In this document: one piece after another, positions 1 through 13,525 of the stretch
Layout: each line of letters opens with the position of its first letter
Position numbering within the stretch: the stretch's first letter is position 1
NCBI GenBank assembly: GCA_951406725.2
Contig: OX597814.1
Coordinates: forward strand, 212,970,001 to 213,034,000
Direction of reading: 5' to 3'
DNA: 64,000 nt
DNA from: Octopus vulgaris
Lineage: Eukaryota
The notes under the pieces: generated by a model
Database searches by the model: none
Told to the model about the DNA's origin: nothing
The model's input: only the letters and a program-made list of their open reading frames with translations
Made by a program: the position numbers and the translations under genes

Positions 1-77
1 ATAATTTAATTTCCCTGTCTTATAAAAACCACATCTTATATAAACATTCTAAAACAGTTGAAATCTGCGTTAAGACC

Positions 78-590
78 AATAGGCCCGATATAGTTGTCAG
101 AGATCATTAAGAAAAAAATGCGTTCTAATTGATGCTTCAATAACAGCAGATGTCAATATTTCTCTGAAAGAAATCGAGAAACTTTCAAATTACAAAGACC
201 TGGAAATAGAGTTAACTGGAATGTGGAATCTAAAAACAGAAACAATAGTAGTAACAATATCACATTAGATAAAGCAAACGAAGTAAGAGAATTAGACCAA
301 AGTCAGACGTACAAATACGTAGGAATCAATGAACAAGATACTGTGCAATACATACAAATGAAAGAGAAGATAAGAAAGGAATACTATAGACAAATTAGAT
401 TAATACTTTAAACGGAGTTCAATGCGAAAAGCAAAATAATAGGTATCAAAAATCTAGCCTTCCCAATTATAAGTTACATCTACAATATTCCTAATTGGAG
501 TTTAAATGACCTAACGAAACTAGGTAAACGAAACTAGAAGGGAAAACAAGCAAAATAATGACCGAATTGAAGATGCTCCATTCAAGAACA
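78..590 (+). mobile_element. R4/Dong-like non-LTR retrotransposon fragments (RLE piece followed by RT-thumb piece)
   Basis: 78-250 reads NRPDIVVRDH*EK..LIDASI..KEIEKLSNYKDLEIELTGMWNLKTET (restriction-like endonuclease). 250-590 reads YKYVGI..KEKIRKEYYRQIRLIL*TEFNAKSKIIGIKNLAFPIISY (post-RT thumb). Contains stops and frameshifts. Confidence 0.8.
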
Positions 591-1578
591 TAGAAATAAA
601 ATTGTATGTTGGTACTTAATCTCTGATCGTAACAATGACGTAATTCAGTATTGAAAGTTCACTTGATTTTCATTTTGAAACGCATGTCAACGGAAATAAA
701 GAAAGATTTGCAAAATAAATTGGTCCATTTCTTTTATAACATCTCCACTATATTTAAGATGTAACTGTATTGGTAAATCTTTGGCTTGTAGAAGCCGTCA
801 TAATTTGAATTTCTCTTAACTCCCTCATTATTCATGACCTTAGGCAAACCAGATGAAAATCATTGCTAATATGAGTTGTATCCTCAAATTGTGAATAAAT
901 GGACTCTGGTATTCACAGCAACCTATACCGAAGAATTAATAGAAGGAAGTTTTCCGACAGTTAATTAAGTTTTAATGTTTTCTTTGCTGTCCTTAGCGGA
1001 GTTGAAGATGTTCTTGACAGATACAGCTTCCTCATATCTGACAGTAAACAAGAGGTACTCACGATATATGTGGATATAATGACATGTTAAGGGGATTCAC
1101 TTTCAGATACATTCATGCACATAATGTCATAGCAAAGAAAGTAGCAAAGTAGACGTCAATAATATTTAGCAAACGCTAAAACCATGATCAATCATATCTA
1201 GGAACAAATTATTGAAGATAATTAAATATTAACTCAACCATCACGATTACAGTTAAACGGAAGCTGAGAAATAAGTGTAATTTTCAAGGCTCAAATGTAT
1301 CTTTCCTAAGATTGTGCTGCAGCTTCATTTCCGTTGAAATAAGCAAGATGTGTATTAGCGCAGCTCTGTATTAAACGTTATCAATGATAAGTGGAAACGT
1401 AAGCGCCTCAAATACATACATTTGTAAGACTCACACATTGACGCATGAGGCATTAGATAGTTCATCCGAGAGGATAACTTTCAAGGAGTATTTTGCGGCC
1501 AACAAGGCAATTAACTCCACAGGTTGCCAAAGATCATGGTGTGTTACAATGTACTAAGTGTATATGTCATTACGCTTC

Positions 1579-1629
<51 letters not shown>

Positions 1630-2008
1630 ACAATTACTCATGCACACAGACAAACACACAAACACATACACGCACATATATTTATATATATAATTGTATA
1701 TATTTATCTCCGGAGCATTTTATCAATAACAACTCAGGTAATGGTTTATTATACGCCTTTGAATAATTATTAGGTAATTAGTTAAGTAACTAACCTCTTA
1801 ATACCCGAGTGTTTGATTAATCGTTTGATCAATCAGTCGTATCTCACATCAAAAATAACCACGAATGACAAGGGTACTTAACTGATGCGATTAGGAATGT
1901 TATCGAAATGAACCTGACAAATCAAATCATTGACTGATTGATCGTTATATTAAACCAATGTTTACATAACTGGTCAGTTCCAACTTCGTAGTGGTATGCA
2001 TACATAGA

Positions 2009-2232
2009 TATCGGGTCATAAAATACATAATGTGGATTTTTTATACCTCTTTTACTTTTCAAAATTAAGATAAACTAATTTCTTTTATAAACAAAAATAT
2101 ATTCTCCTTCATTTTCTACAATGATTTCCCATCTACCCTGTAGATTTGCAAGGCCTCTTTTCTAATATTCTCGTGACCGTGGCGAAAAATACTCTTCCGG
2201 TACTGTTCGGACCTCGTCTACACAATTCATAT
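2009..2232 (-). mobile_element. mariner (Tc1/mariner) transposon 3' end with TIR
   Basis: Minus strand reads EVRTVPEEYFSPRSREY*KRGLANLQGRWEIIVENEGEYI, the mariner transposase C-terminus. It is followed by a TIR-like end, TA-TCGGGTCATAAAATACATAATGTGGATTT on the + strand. Confidence 0.75.
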
Positions 2233-2600
2233 ACCTAGAGGTATACATGTACATATATATATATACATAGGCATATAAACGCACAGAGAATGTTAATTTT
2301 CATAAGGAAAAATTTAGTACGGTATTAGCCATACAATTTTAAAGTAAGGTGATTAAAATCAAAATAAGCAACCCGGATATGCATTGTTCAATTAAATGGA
2401 GTTGCGTTTAATGGCACAGTTTGTGATTTGAAATCTGAAGGTTTTCGTTGCAATAAGATTCCTGTACACGTTATGTTTGTCAAATACAAGTTTTCAAATT
2501 TCAAAATCTGTGTTCAGAGATCCTAAAGTTAGCCTCTGGCAACTCGAACTTGTAGATGTTTCCTTAACTTACTAAAACTATATTTACACTTTACATATAT

Positions 2601-2731
2601 TCTTTTCCACTCTAGGCATAAGGCCCGACAATTTGGGGGAGGGGGCCAGTAGATATGATCGACCCCAGTTCGCAAGTGGTACTTAATTTATCGACCCTGA
2701 AAGGATGAAAGGCAAAGTCGACCTCGGCGGA
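2601..2731 (-). mobile_element. SINE family B, 5'-truncated
   Basis: Reverse complement of ccgccgaggtcgactttgcctttcatcctttc..gtcgataaattaagtacc..ggccccctcccccaaa..gggccttatgcctagagt; matches the copy at 63338-63556. Confidence 0.85.
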
Positions 2732-4290
2732 TACGTAACATATATTGAATAATACATACGCGCGATTCTTCTAGATAGAAATGAACTAAAATTGAGCGGG
2801 TTGCATTTTTGGTAAGTCGAATATTTTCGAGAAAATTTAACACACGCCAATGTTTACAAATGATAGAGAAAATAACATGTATGACTTTATTATACGTGTA
2901 AAAACTGTAAATTACGGTTCAGTGTGTTTTAACTCAATGGTTAAATAGTTTATCGATAAATTTCACGGTATCCTATTTTCATAGAACATAATTACTTCTG
3001 AAGAAAATACATGCTCTGTATTACTGCCTTGTAGTTACTCTCAATTAATTAAATTGCGATCAAACTGTAGTGATTCGAATGTTTGATTTATGCGCACGCA
3101 TGGGGTACCAAGTCGTTATTTCATTACATCCATCTGGTCCCAATTCAGTGACTACTTAGTTATATCTTCGTGTATATATTAGAGCTCTTCAGTGACAGAA
3201 GCAAACAAAATCATTTAACGAAGCATCATGTTCCTCTGCGAGCAAGGTGTATACAATGAAGAAATGAAAACTTACAATCAACAAGAATTTAAATTTTACA
3301 TATCTAAGAATAACTGGCTGTTCAATCAACTTTTCTCCAATGGGGCCTACATTGATTCAGAAGTGACCTGAAAGAAAATTGTTATAATTTAGTTTCGCAA
3401 AATACAGCATATAACTGTTAGGCCAAATATTAGGTCAACTTTTATAACGGTAAAATAGAAGATATCTAAACATAAATTTTTATCAGGGGAGTTTGAATGA
3501 GTTCGTAATAAACTCACTTCAGAGTAAACGGATTTAAAAATTCATTTGTTTTTCATGTTTATGGTAAATAATAATTTCATAGAAAAATATACATATATTG
3601 CATCTGTAAAAATAAATGTCACTACATTATATAACATTTCTCTCAGCGAGCGAAACAGTAATCCTGATATGCGTATACATATACACATATAAACACACTA
3701 CACACATATACCACACAGACACACCACACACAAACTCAGTCATGTACACACACAAAGTTAAATTTGCAGAAAACAAAAGATGAAGACACGTGGAGGAACA
3801 ACAAGCAGGTGTTTTAGTTTGACGCTCGGGAAGAATAGGGAAGTCCAACATAGGTTTTCTTATCTCTTGTATTATCATTCAGCGTTGCGGTAACTTTTGC
3901 CTTATATATGACAAATTTAATAATAAATCTTTGTTCAGGTGAACAGGGTCCTGGTTCGCGACAATTACAGACCTATATTGGATTATGTGAAGGAGAATTT
4001 AAAATTCGCTCTGTTAATCACATAGCCTTCTTCCGACATAAGGACAAACGCAAAACTACTAAATCGACTAGCTATGTTTAAATGCTAACGAAGCATCACA
4101 TGTGATTACGTGGAAAATAATTGAGTAATCCACACCATATATTAATAGATCACATAAATGTTGCTAAGTTTAGCTGAAAGAGCTCAGATCCTTTTCAGAT
4201 CTAAGATCCCTAACTCTCTACAAAACACTAGGTCTGAAATCTTCAACGGTTGCAAACATATGTGTAAATATATTTTGATGAATAGGAAAA

Positions 4291-4336
<46 letters not shown>

Positions 4337-4399
4337 TAATATTTAAAAAAATTATAGTACGTTTATAATTGTCAATATTTATACTCCACGAAACCTATA

Positions 4400-4623
4400 C
4401 TCTTTACTCTTTTACTCTTTTACTTGTTTCAGTCATTTAACTGCGGCCATGCTGGAGCACCGCCTTTAATCGAGCAACTCGATCCCAGGTCTTATTCTTT
4501 TGTAAGCCCAGTACTTATTCTATCGGTCTCTTTTGCCGAACCGCTAAGTAACGGGGACATAAACACACCAGCATCGGTTGTCAAGCAATACTAGGGGGAC
4601 AAACACAGGCACACAAACACACA

Positions 4624-4659
<36 letters not shown>

Positions 4660-4822
4660 CGACGGGCTTCTTTCAGTTTCCGTCTACCAAATCCACTCAC
4701 AAGGCTTTGGTCGGCCCGAGGCTATGGTAGAAGACAATTGCCCAAGGTGTCACGCAGTGGGACTGAACCCAGAACCATGTGGCTGGTAGACAAGCTACTT
4801 ACCACACAGCCACTCCTGCGCC
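4400..4822 (-). mobile_element. SINE family A (tRNA head, CORE-like box, internal (TA)n), full length
   Basis: Head ggcgcaggagtggctgtgtggtaag..gggttcagtccc (A/B boxes), CORE-like accttgggcaa, tail ggcggtgctccagcatggccgcag..(aaaagagt)n. Near-identical copies at 11512 and 60589. Confidence 0.9.
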
Positions 4823-5059
4823 TATATGGTTAGGGAATGGATTCAGAATTATCCAACGGAATATTCATTTAATTTCTTATCTTATAAGAATTTTATTGGC
4901 TTAATACTTTAACTGTTGAATAAAAAAATTTGAATAACTAACTGAGAGGAAAGTGGTAATCGTTTTGTGTTAATCCCTTACGTTTTACTAAAATAATTAT
5001 TATCGTTAATCAACAAGCTAAGTAAACCTTGTACCTGATTATGGAGACGATAAGTATTG

Positions 5060-7070
5060 AAGTATCCCTGAAAGACATTCACATTCCACTACCACCAAGA
5101 GAAGAGTATATTAAAGACCACACATATGAGATATATTATTTTTACCCCGTATAATATGGAAAGCCTACTTACATGAAATAGGCTTTCAGAAGATCTTTCA
5201 AATACGCTAATTAATGAATGCATAAGGCAATAGTTTGAAACAAGACGATACCCACCATCCAAACACCATCTGGTGCCTTTTGAAGTGGAACTCTGGAGAA
5301 CTGTGAAAAATGTAAGGTTTCATAAATTCCTTCTTAGGAAAGGCATATTTTAACTAAAGAACTTTTGGATAAAGATAAGGATGGTATTCTGGTTCATGCA
5401 GATAAATCGGGTAACCTTTACCATCTAAGCTATTTAATGTATCACTCGCTTCGAAAGAAAGAGATAATTAAAAACAATAACATTACGGATTCCAAAAACC
5501 TGAAAAAACTAAATCATCAGGCAAGCAAATTATGCTAGGATATGATTTAGAAAATAAAACGGAACCTTATGAAGCTAAGGTAGAAAGAATTATTCTTAAG
5601 GACCATAAACGTAACTTTGATTCTAATCCAACAGTTAGTCTTGTATGTCCTTTTAAATATGATCTTGGTAGATTTAGTGAATCATATTTGATAGATATAT
5701 ACCGAAACTTAGGGATATAATTAAGTTAAATCTTTGGTCCAGTTCAAATAAATGACAAGGATAAATCTAAATTTATCCAGGTAGATATTTCGAATTACTA
5801 TGTTTATATAAACCCAATACTACTTAATAAAGTGTTGATGTTTGCAAAGAAACATTCGGAAATAACTAGGGATAAAATAGATGTTATTTTGGCGGCTAGA
5901 AAATCTGCCATTAAATTAGAGAATGAATATTGGATTAGGAAGGATAGGCTGAATATGTTTAACATTACTATGGGTTGGGTTCTACGAATTTGGCACAAGT
6001 TACTGATTTGATTCCTATATATTGTTTCCTCTAAATAGGGAACTCCCTGAAATAGCAGGAGATTTAAATAGGGATGATGCACGTTTTACAATTGTAAACA
6101 CATCTAGAAGAATGTTGGAAAACATACAAATGTTGGAAAACATACAAATGTTGGAAAACATACAAATGTTGGAAAACATACAAATAAATTTTTCTGGTTC
6201 TTTAAAATATAGACCTATCTATAACGACAGCATATGAACATGACTCTGTTAACTTCTTAAATATTACGTTGGAGATAAAATAAAACAAAAGGAATTTATA
6301 CACATTTTCATTAACCTAATGAAAACATAAAATATATGAATATTGAAAGTAATCATCCCAAATAAGTAACAAACATGCTTATGAAGAAGATTTCGTCTAG
6401 AATAAGCAATTTGTTAGCGAATAAGAATAGTTTCAAGCTTAATGAAGACTACTATATCTTGGCACTCAGGAAAGCGAGATATAACAAGAACATTAAGTTT
6501 AATAAGTCAAATAATGAATAGTAATTTTAAATAGTAATTTTAATATTCCAGATCTAAAAGCTAACACTATAAAGAAATATACTTATAACAAATATAGTAT
6601 TAGAGATGTAAAATCAAATATTCAACTTGATAAAATAACAAGAGTAGGTGCTTTCAATAGTGAAAATAAAAAGGTGATAACAGGGTTTGAAATTCTCCTA
6701 CTTATGGAAATGAGGATGTAGTATTCTCTAATAAAATCTCAAATTCTTTTAATATAAAATCGGTTAAAAGATTTAAAGATAAAAATAAAAGTAAAATAAA
6801 CGCTATATTTACAATGGATCAAAATTAGAGAATACTTACTCCTTCGAAAAATGGATATAAACATCAAAATTATGAACTCAACTCGAAAAATACATGATGG
6901 TTAATCGTTCTCTTTGGTAAACAGGTCACTTACATTTTTTTTCCAAATTGTTTAATATAGCAATTCAAAAATATTTTCCAAGAAACCACAGATATTACAA
7001 AATTTTTATTCTGCATAAGATTAGACTGAGTTATTTTCTTAGCCGTAATGTTGCACAAATATCAAAATAT
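5060..7070 (+). mobile_element. Penelope-like element (PLE) reverse transcriptase, decayed
   Basis: Motifs in order: LVPFEVELW..VKNVRF, ILVHADKSGNLY, LKDHKRNFDSNPTVSLVCP.K.DLG, FIQVDISNYY, FNITMG, G.LNRDD (YRDD equivalent), SNHP, KYFPRNHRYYKIF..KIRLSY. Many stops and frameshifts; probably resumes briefly after 8318. Confidence 0.85.
6111..6183 (+). repeat. 18-bp tandem repeat x4 inside the PLE RT
   Basis: (aatgttggaaaacataca)4, in frame (MLENIQ x4). Confidence 0.95.
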
Positions 7071-8318
7071 TGTTGCGGAATCACCCGTCGTCGCCCGTCC
7101 CGAACGGCTCACACACAAGTTCCGCCACGGAACCCAAAGAGGCGGAGAGAGGAGATACAGATAGACACTGCCACAACCTCAACAGCACAGAGATACAGAG
7201 GCACAACCCGAGATACAACCCAAAGAGGCAAGGCAACAACTGGCAACACTGGCTTATATTCAAACAACAGTTTATACGACAATTACAATTGCTACACATC
7301 AAATACATCAAAGCATGCACGTGACTACTCAATACATAATACAACAGATCAACGCATTTAACAACATGCATGTAACAATATAACAGTGTTCAGTAACGAC
7401 ACAACAAGTCCAGATCAAATAATGTTCACGATACGTCACAGTCCAATCAGAACACTTCGATACATTATACAATGTTCGTATCACAACAATTCACGTTACA
7501 ATTCAACAAGTCCTTTACTCAATTCACAATGTTCTTTATCGACTACATCGACAGAGTCCTTCTGTTCTCTTCACTATTCAATACACAAATCACATACCTT
7601 AATTCCTAATTGAATCTGCCAGTGTCCCATTCCTCTCAATCCTGCTAATTCCTCTGAATACTGCTAAATCCTTCTGTACATATTCCCTCTGCACATATCC
7701 CAATCAGTGCCGCCAAGCTATCGCATCCCAGCTCGCCCCCAAGAATTCCAACGCTTCCAAGATTCCATCCACTCGCTCTGACCTCCAGAGTCCGTCTCTC
7801 CTCTTCGACGACCAGCCACGAACTCCAGATCCGTCCTTCCTGACGACCAACCAACGACTGCCCAGACCTCACTTCGTCTCTGTGTCTCTTCCACTCCCTC
7901 ATCTCCCTCTGTCTATATCGCTCCTACCCTTTCTAACTGCTCTCTGATTCCTTACTCTATCTATATCGCCTCAATCCCTTAGCCTCTCTATCTGTCCCTT
8001 ACTGCTTATCCTTTCTATTTGCCCTCTGCTCTTACTCTATCGCTATCGCCTGCCAGACTCTTAGCCTCTCCATCCGTCCCTTACTGCTTATACTCTATCT
8101 CTATTTGCTCTCAGCCCTTAATCTGTCCCTTTTCTTTCACATTCTCCTGACCCTCTTCTCAGCCGCACGAGGTCACAGGTCATTCCAAAACCCATTAGTC
8201 CTCCATTAGACAAAAGACTGTCACATTTTCACCAGACATACTGGAACCATATCCACGATGTGGGTCACCAGAAACACTACACTAATTAAACCCGAAATGC
8301 ACTTAGCCAACCGTAACA
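7071..8318. mobile_element. Solo LTR (Gypsy-like) with 4-bp TSD
   Basis: Begins TGTTGCGG and ends CCGTAACA (TG..CA with 7/8 terminal inverted repeat). Flanked by ATAT at 7067-7070 and 8319-8322. Internal ~80-bp CT-rich duplication at 7951-8090. Confidence 0.8.
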
Positions 8319-8384
8319 ATATCAATAAATCAAAAACGCCATTACAATCAGAATAGCGTAATAAATTCTGAGCATAATAACCTC

Positions 8385-9240
8385 AAACGAGATAGAGAAA
8401 CACAAATGGAAGGGAACGCTAAGAAATTAAATGGGGTGGAAAGGGAAACAGCCCAATTTAACATATTTATTCTATCCGCCTCTTTTGCCGAACTACAACA
8501 TTACAAAACAAACCAAAAGTTCACCTCTATCGTTCTCGATTCCTTCAATTCCTGAGTGTCTTCCTCGGCGTTATAGAGGATGGCTGCCACCAGCCACGCC
8601 TCATCAATTTCTGGGGGCACACTACCTATTCTTACTCTTGCCGGACGTTTGCCACAGTAAGTAGGTAGCAGTGCCCACTCGGCTGATCTCAAAGGCACAG
8701 TGGAGTATTTCCTCGATTCCTCTTCGCCTACGAAGCGTACCTCCACTGTACCGTATTTCTTTCCTTTGGTGTAATATGTCGTTATATACTTTATCACTCA
8801 CAGACATTCCTCTACCGCTTCCTCCGCTGCTACTTCAACTTTTTTCGTTGCCACATTCAACGTTGTGTAAATAATTTTCCTGTTTCCAGTTTTTTTAAGT
8901 ATTTCTTTAGGGGGCCACAACCTCAGGTTGTCCCCTCCTTCTTCAGCAAACCGTTATAGCTTTTAAAGTCCTTCTCCTTTAATTCGATTTCATGGACCTG
9001 CAGTACCTCTACTGACGGGCCCTTGCCAGTCACCGCAGCGTAACTGCCCACTGGTTTTCTGTCCATGACGATATTATTCATAACTTCACCTATATATGGG
9101 GAAGAAAAATAAAAGCCAGTAAACAACAACAATTTCAAAAATTCCAGTAAATAACATTTCAACAATTCAGTAAATTAACAATACAATACAACAAAACTCA
9201 CATGGAGCGAACACACTCCTAGCACAGCTCGGAATCACAC
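8385..9240 (-). mobile_element. Internally deleted LINE-like element with ORF1 (gag-like) N-terminal remnant, probably Tx1/L1 clade
   Basis: MDRKPVGSYAAVTGK.. and ..YGTVEVRF..LLPTYCGKRPARVRIGSVPPEIDEAWLVAAI resemble L1/Tx1 ORF1 RRM-region text. It is fused at ~8515 to a segment (atccgcctctt..gccgaactac) shared with 15695-15750. Confidence 0.55.
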
Positions 9241-9359
9241 GATTCAAAATACAACACTAACGACAACGCCGACGACCTCTCAACGATTAACCGGAGATAA
9301 TTTTTTAAATGGGGATATCTGAAATAAACTTGACTGCTCTCAAAAAGGCAAATACTAAA

Positions 9360-9590
9360 AGTGAACTCGACCCGTCTTATAAATTAGGTAAAATTAACAG
9401 GAAAAATAATCCAGAATCCGATACCGGATCGATCCCCAAATCTAGTCAGTTCGTTCTGATCACGAGGCCAATATATTACTGAAACATTCATACGAATCCA
9501 TGTAGCGTTTCTTGAGATACCTTGTCCACGGAAAACAAACAAACAAACAGGGCTGAAACACCTTCGTCATCGCTAAGGTGGAGGTAATAA
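9360..9590 (-). mobile_element. Helentron-derived/DINE-like non-autonomous element end
   Basis: Minus strand starts ttattacctccaccttagcg..gtttgtttgtttg..atctcaagaaacgct..ggatt, the typical HINE-like 5' architecture; a relative is at 50683. Confidence 0.5.
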
Positions 9591-9809
9591 TAACGCCAAA
9601 TCGAATAAAAGTTCAGCTAGAAATAAAACAAAGATAACGTCATCTAAAGAAGTACAAAGTAATTTGAAAACTTGGTGGAAATGAATTTAATTCTACAATC
9701 AATGATCAAATTGAAACTAAATCTCACGGAAATATAAAAAGCTATCTTTGCAATTATTCTAAACGGGAATGCTTTTATGTAAATAATAAGTGTAAAACTA
9801 AAATGTAAC

Positions 9810-9907
<98 letters not shown>

Positions 9908-10085
9908 TTATATAAGGATAAGATCGTTAGTTTAAAATAAAATAACGATCCTATCAAGTGGCCAGCATGGAAAAATATAACCTTCAAAGGTAATAAATAT
10001 TTAAATATTTAAAAAAAACCACATTAAGTGTTCATATATCACACGGAGAGAAGACAAAATAATACTAGTAAAAAATTACTGGATA

Positions 10086-10144
10086 ATTCCAAATCCCGGA
10101 TTTCTAGCTTTGCATTTAGGGATGCTTTGCCTCATCAGTGGAAT
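10086..10144 (-). ncRNA. Type I hammerhead ribozyme motif (variant stem II junction)
   Basis: attcca CTGATGA ggc-aaa-gcat-ccctaa-atgc-aaa-gct a GAAA tc-cgg-ga TT tggaat. 6-bp stem I, 3-bp stem III, one extra A before GAAA. Confidence 0.65.
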
Positions 10145-11457
10145 ATACACAAAGAGAAACATAAATACATATATATATAAATGCAACATACGAATACTTA
10201 CATATACGAATGTATACATACATATATATGCTATGGCTGCTATTTTCAACATGGCAGTATCTCATAGATACCATCAGTCATACATTCATGTATATATATA
10301 TATATATATTATCATTTAAACTATATGTATATATCTCAGGGTAAGGAAATCCTTTACATCGGTGCGACAGCATTAATTTTCAAGAGGCGACTGGTAATTC
10401 ATTTAAGTTCATTCAAGCAAAAATATAAAAGGTTCCAAACGAGCCTTAGCAAATTTATCTGATATTTCAAGAGCAGTAACAAGGACTATACGATTAAATG
10501 GGAGTAAATTTATACTGAAAATCCACACACCCCTGCGACAAATAGATGCAACCTATCTTTCGATGACTTTTACAGGATTTTCACATCCAAGGCTAATGTA
10601 ATAAATTCTAGACAGGAGCAAGCGATGAGATGTTTGCACATGAGGAAATTTACATTTGTCAAATATAAATGAGTAATTATCATTTAAACTATACAAGGTT
10701 TTGAAATGATGAACTGTAAATGATTTTCCAATAAGAACTTGAAATAGAGATTGTCTGCTTCTGACTTAATGGACAACTCTACATTATACAACGAAGAGTT
10801 TATTAAATAAATCATTAACAGGCCATGCGAGGGATATCAAGTTATGACCCTGAAGAGACTGCACCGTTTTATAATAGTGTTGAAATTGCAACGATTATTA
10901 CTCGGTGCAATTGTGTGTGTGTGTGTATGTGTGCGTGAGTGTGTGTGTGTGTGTGTGTATGTGTGTGTGTGTATTTATACGTTCCCTTGCTCTCCTAAAA
11001 TAGTAGCCAGAATAAATATTCACTGAACACGATCTTAGAGAATGATGTATATTTTTTTAACAGTGCATGACAAAGTCTCATTAAAATATGATTATTAAAA
11101 AGCTGTAATTCATGTCATCACGGATCTGCGTGATCCATGATTACTCAATGCCAACTCGGACTATTAAACAATAACCACTTCCGTATTATGCTGATATCAT
11201 TTTCTAAGTGCTGAGATTTTTCCATACATCAATATTTCATCCTCTTCTTGCCAAAAATTGTCGGAATCGTAATGCTGTCGCCGTCATTCTCGTATGTGTG
11301 TGTGTGTGTGTGTATCTGTGTCTGTGTTCTAATATTTACTTGCTTCAGTTACTGGACTGCGGCCATGCAGAGCCTTGAAGTCTTTTACTCGTACGAATCG
11401 ACTCCAGTAGTTAATTTTTAAGCCAATCACTCAGTTACGGGACACCAACAAACCAAA

Positions 11458-11511
<54 letters not shown>

Positions 11512-11514
<3 letters not shown>

Positions 11515-11723
11515 TCTCTTTTACTTGTTTCAGTCATTTGACTGCGGCCATGCTGGAGCACCGCCTTTAATCGAGCAACTCGACCCCGGGACTTATTCTT
11601 TTGTAAGCCCAGTACTTATTCTATCGGTCTCTTTTGCCGAACCGCTAAGTAACGGGGACATAAACACACCAGCATCGGTTGTCAAGCAATGCTAGGGGGA
11701 TAAACACAAACACACACACACGC

Positions 11724-11756
<33 letters not shown>

Positions 11757-11921
11757 TAAACGACAGGCTTCTTTCAGTTTCCGTCTACCAAATCCACTCA
11801 CAAGGCTTTGGTCGGCCCGAGGCTATAGTAGAAGACAGTTGCGCAAGGTGCCACGCAGTGGGACTGAACCCAGAACCATGTTGTTGGTAAACAAGATACT
11901 TACCACACAGCCACTCCTGCG

Positions 11922-11923
<2 letters not shown>
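11512..11923 (-). mobile_element. SINE family A, full length, inside a (TA)n array
   Basis: Near-identical to 4400-4822. Degenerate A-family pieces flank it (11335-11460, 12000-12135). Confidence 0.9.
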
Positions 11924-12002
<79 letters not shown>

Positions 12003-12288
12003 GGCAGGATTCTTTCAGTTTCCATCTTTCCTTTCCAATCACAGAGTGTTGGTCAGCTGGAGTTCACACACGCTCAAGTAGTGAGGTGAACCGGGACCAT
12101 GTCATTAGGAAGCAAACTGTTTACTACACAGCCTATATAAAAGCGTGCATATACGTACATTTCAATTACTTTATAAGCAATCATCAAACTTAAGTAGAGG
12201 ACAACAAAGAAATAGGTACATGTCAATGCATATAAGTTAAGTGTGTATTTGTGCGTCTGTATAAATATCTTGCGCAAATTAGTAAATA

Positions 12289-13525
12289 CTAGCTAATCTA
12301 CCCATCTACGATGGCGGTATTAAATGAGGGAGGGAAGTCATGACAGCAGTATGTATTGAGAAATGTGTAAATGGACTTGATAGATTACTGGGGGATGACT
12401 TAGAGAAATCACATTATTTTTGTAGATACAGCATTTTATTGCAGCTATATGACATGTGTTTGCGACTAAGTGACATGCGATGACGATTCACTCACGAGCT
12501 GAAATAGACTCCTAGCTTATGTGTCATGAATGGTTATGTGGACTACTCCTAACGAAAGCCAGCGCTTCCTTCGACCTCTACGTAAAAAGATTTAAGAAAA
12601 AATATTATTGAGATATACTTTTATTTTAGTTGTTTACACTATTTTACACTTGTTTATACACTTATACATTCGGAGTTCACAAACTTCTTTATTTACATTA
12701 TGAACCATATTCCTTCCGACAATATCAATATGATTACAAAGCTTTTTAGTAGACGGTATTTTCTGTTCGGTCAACGCTAATTTTCAAGTCACTGGAGTCC
12801 GTTGTTCTACTCATAGCGACGTATAACCATCGGAGTCGGAAAAAATACACCTACACGTTCTGAAGACTGGCCCTGTGCCTTGTTTGCTGTGAATGCGCGA
12901 GCGGATCTTGAGCATTGCAAAAAATCAAACTAAGACTTACCTCTCACTGTACTATACGAATAATGTCTGGATGTTCTGGTACCATGGGTTATTTTCATGG
13001 ACAAAACTGAGATGTAAACAGCAGCCGCTTTGATTAGCCGTTTTGAATCATGCTCAAGACTGACACACTTCAATAACCAACAAATAATCATACACACTAT
13101 ATACTGACACACACTTTTTCCATTTTATTTTCGCTATTAAACATCCTCGCGACTCGACGGGACAACGAGCTATACGATGAGTTACTTGGGAAATGAAGGG
13201 GTAATATCGCAAATCTAAACCGTCTAAATTTACGAACTATAGTGGGGTGGAATCCAGAGTTAATCCCCGTCACCAGAATTTTAGCAAAAACAAATTAAAG
13301 ATGATTCATTAATACAAAACTCAATATCCACTAAATAATCATAGTATTTCCCATTTTGTCCCCGCTAAAACCTTCCAGATTACCTCCTTCGTAATCCTGA
13401 AAAGACATCCTGGCCTATGGTCCAACCGTTTGACAATGAAGAGGGAACAGACAAATAGACGGAGAGATGGAAAGACAGACGGACAAACGGACAGACAGAC
13501 GGGCATAACGCCCATTATAATAAGA
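12289..13525 (-). mobile_element. Non-autonomous Helitron with both termini and a PIF1-helicase C-terminal remnant
   Basis: Minus strand: A^TCTTATTATAAT..(GTCT)n at the 5' end; 3' hairpin ccatc-gta-gatgg then CTAG^T. 12680-12900 reads AFTANKAQGQSSERVGVFFPTP..YVAMSR..NVNKEV (RepHel helicase motifs V-VI). Confidence 0.85.

Noticed and set aside
660-1070. Possible hAT transposase C-terminus or a small host exon (acceptor at ~996)
   Set aside because: Similarity too weak, poor donor and no supporting neighbouring exons.
6948-7361. 137-aa ORF
   Set aside because: Chance read-through from the PLE remnant into the solo LTR.
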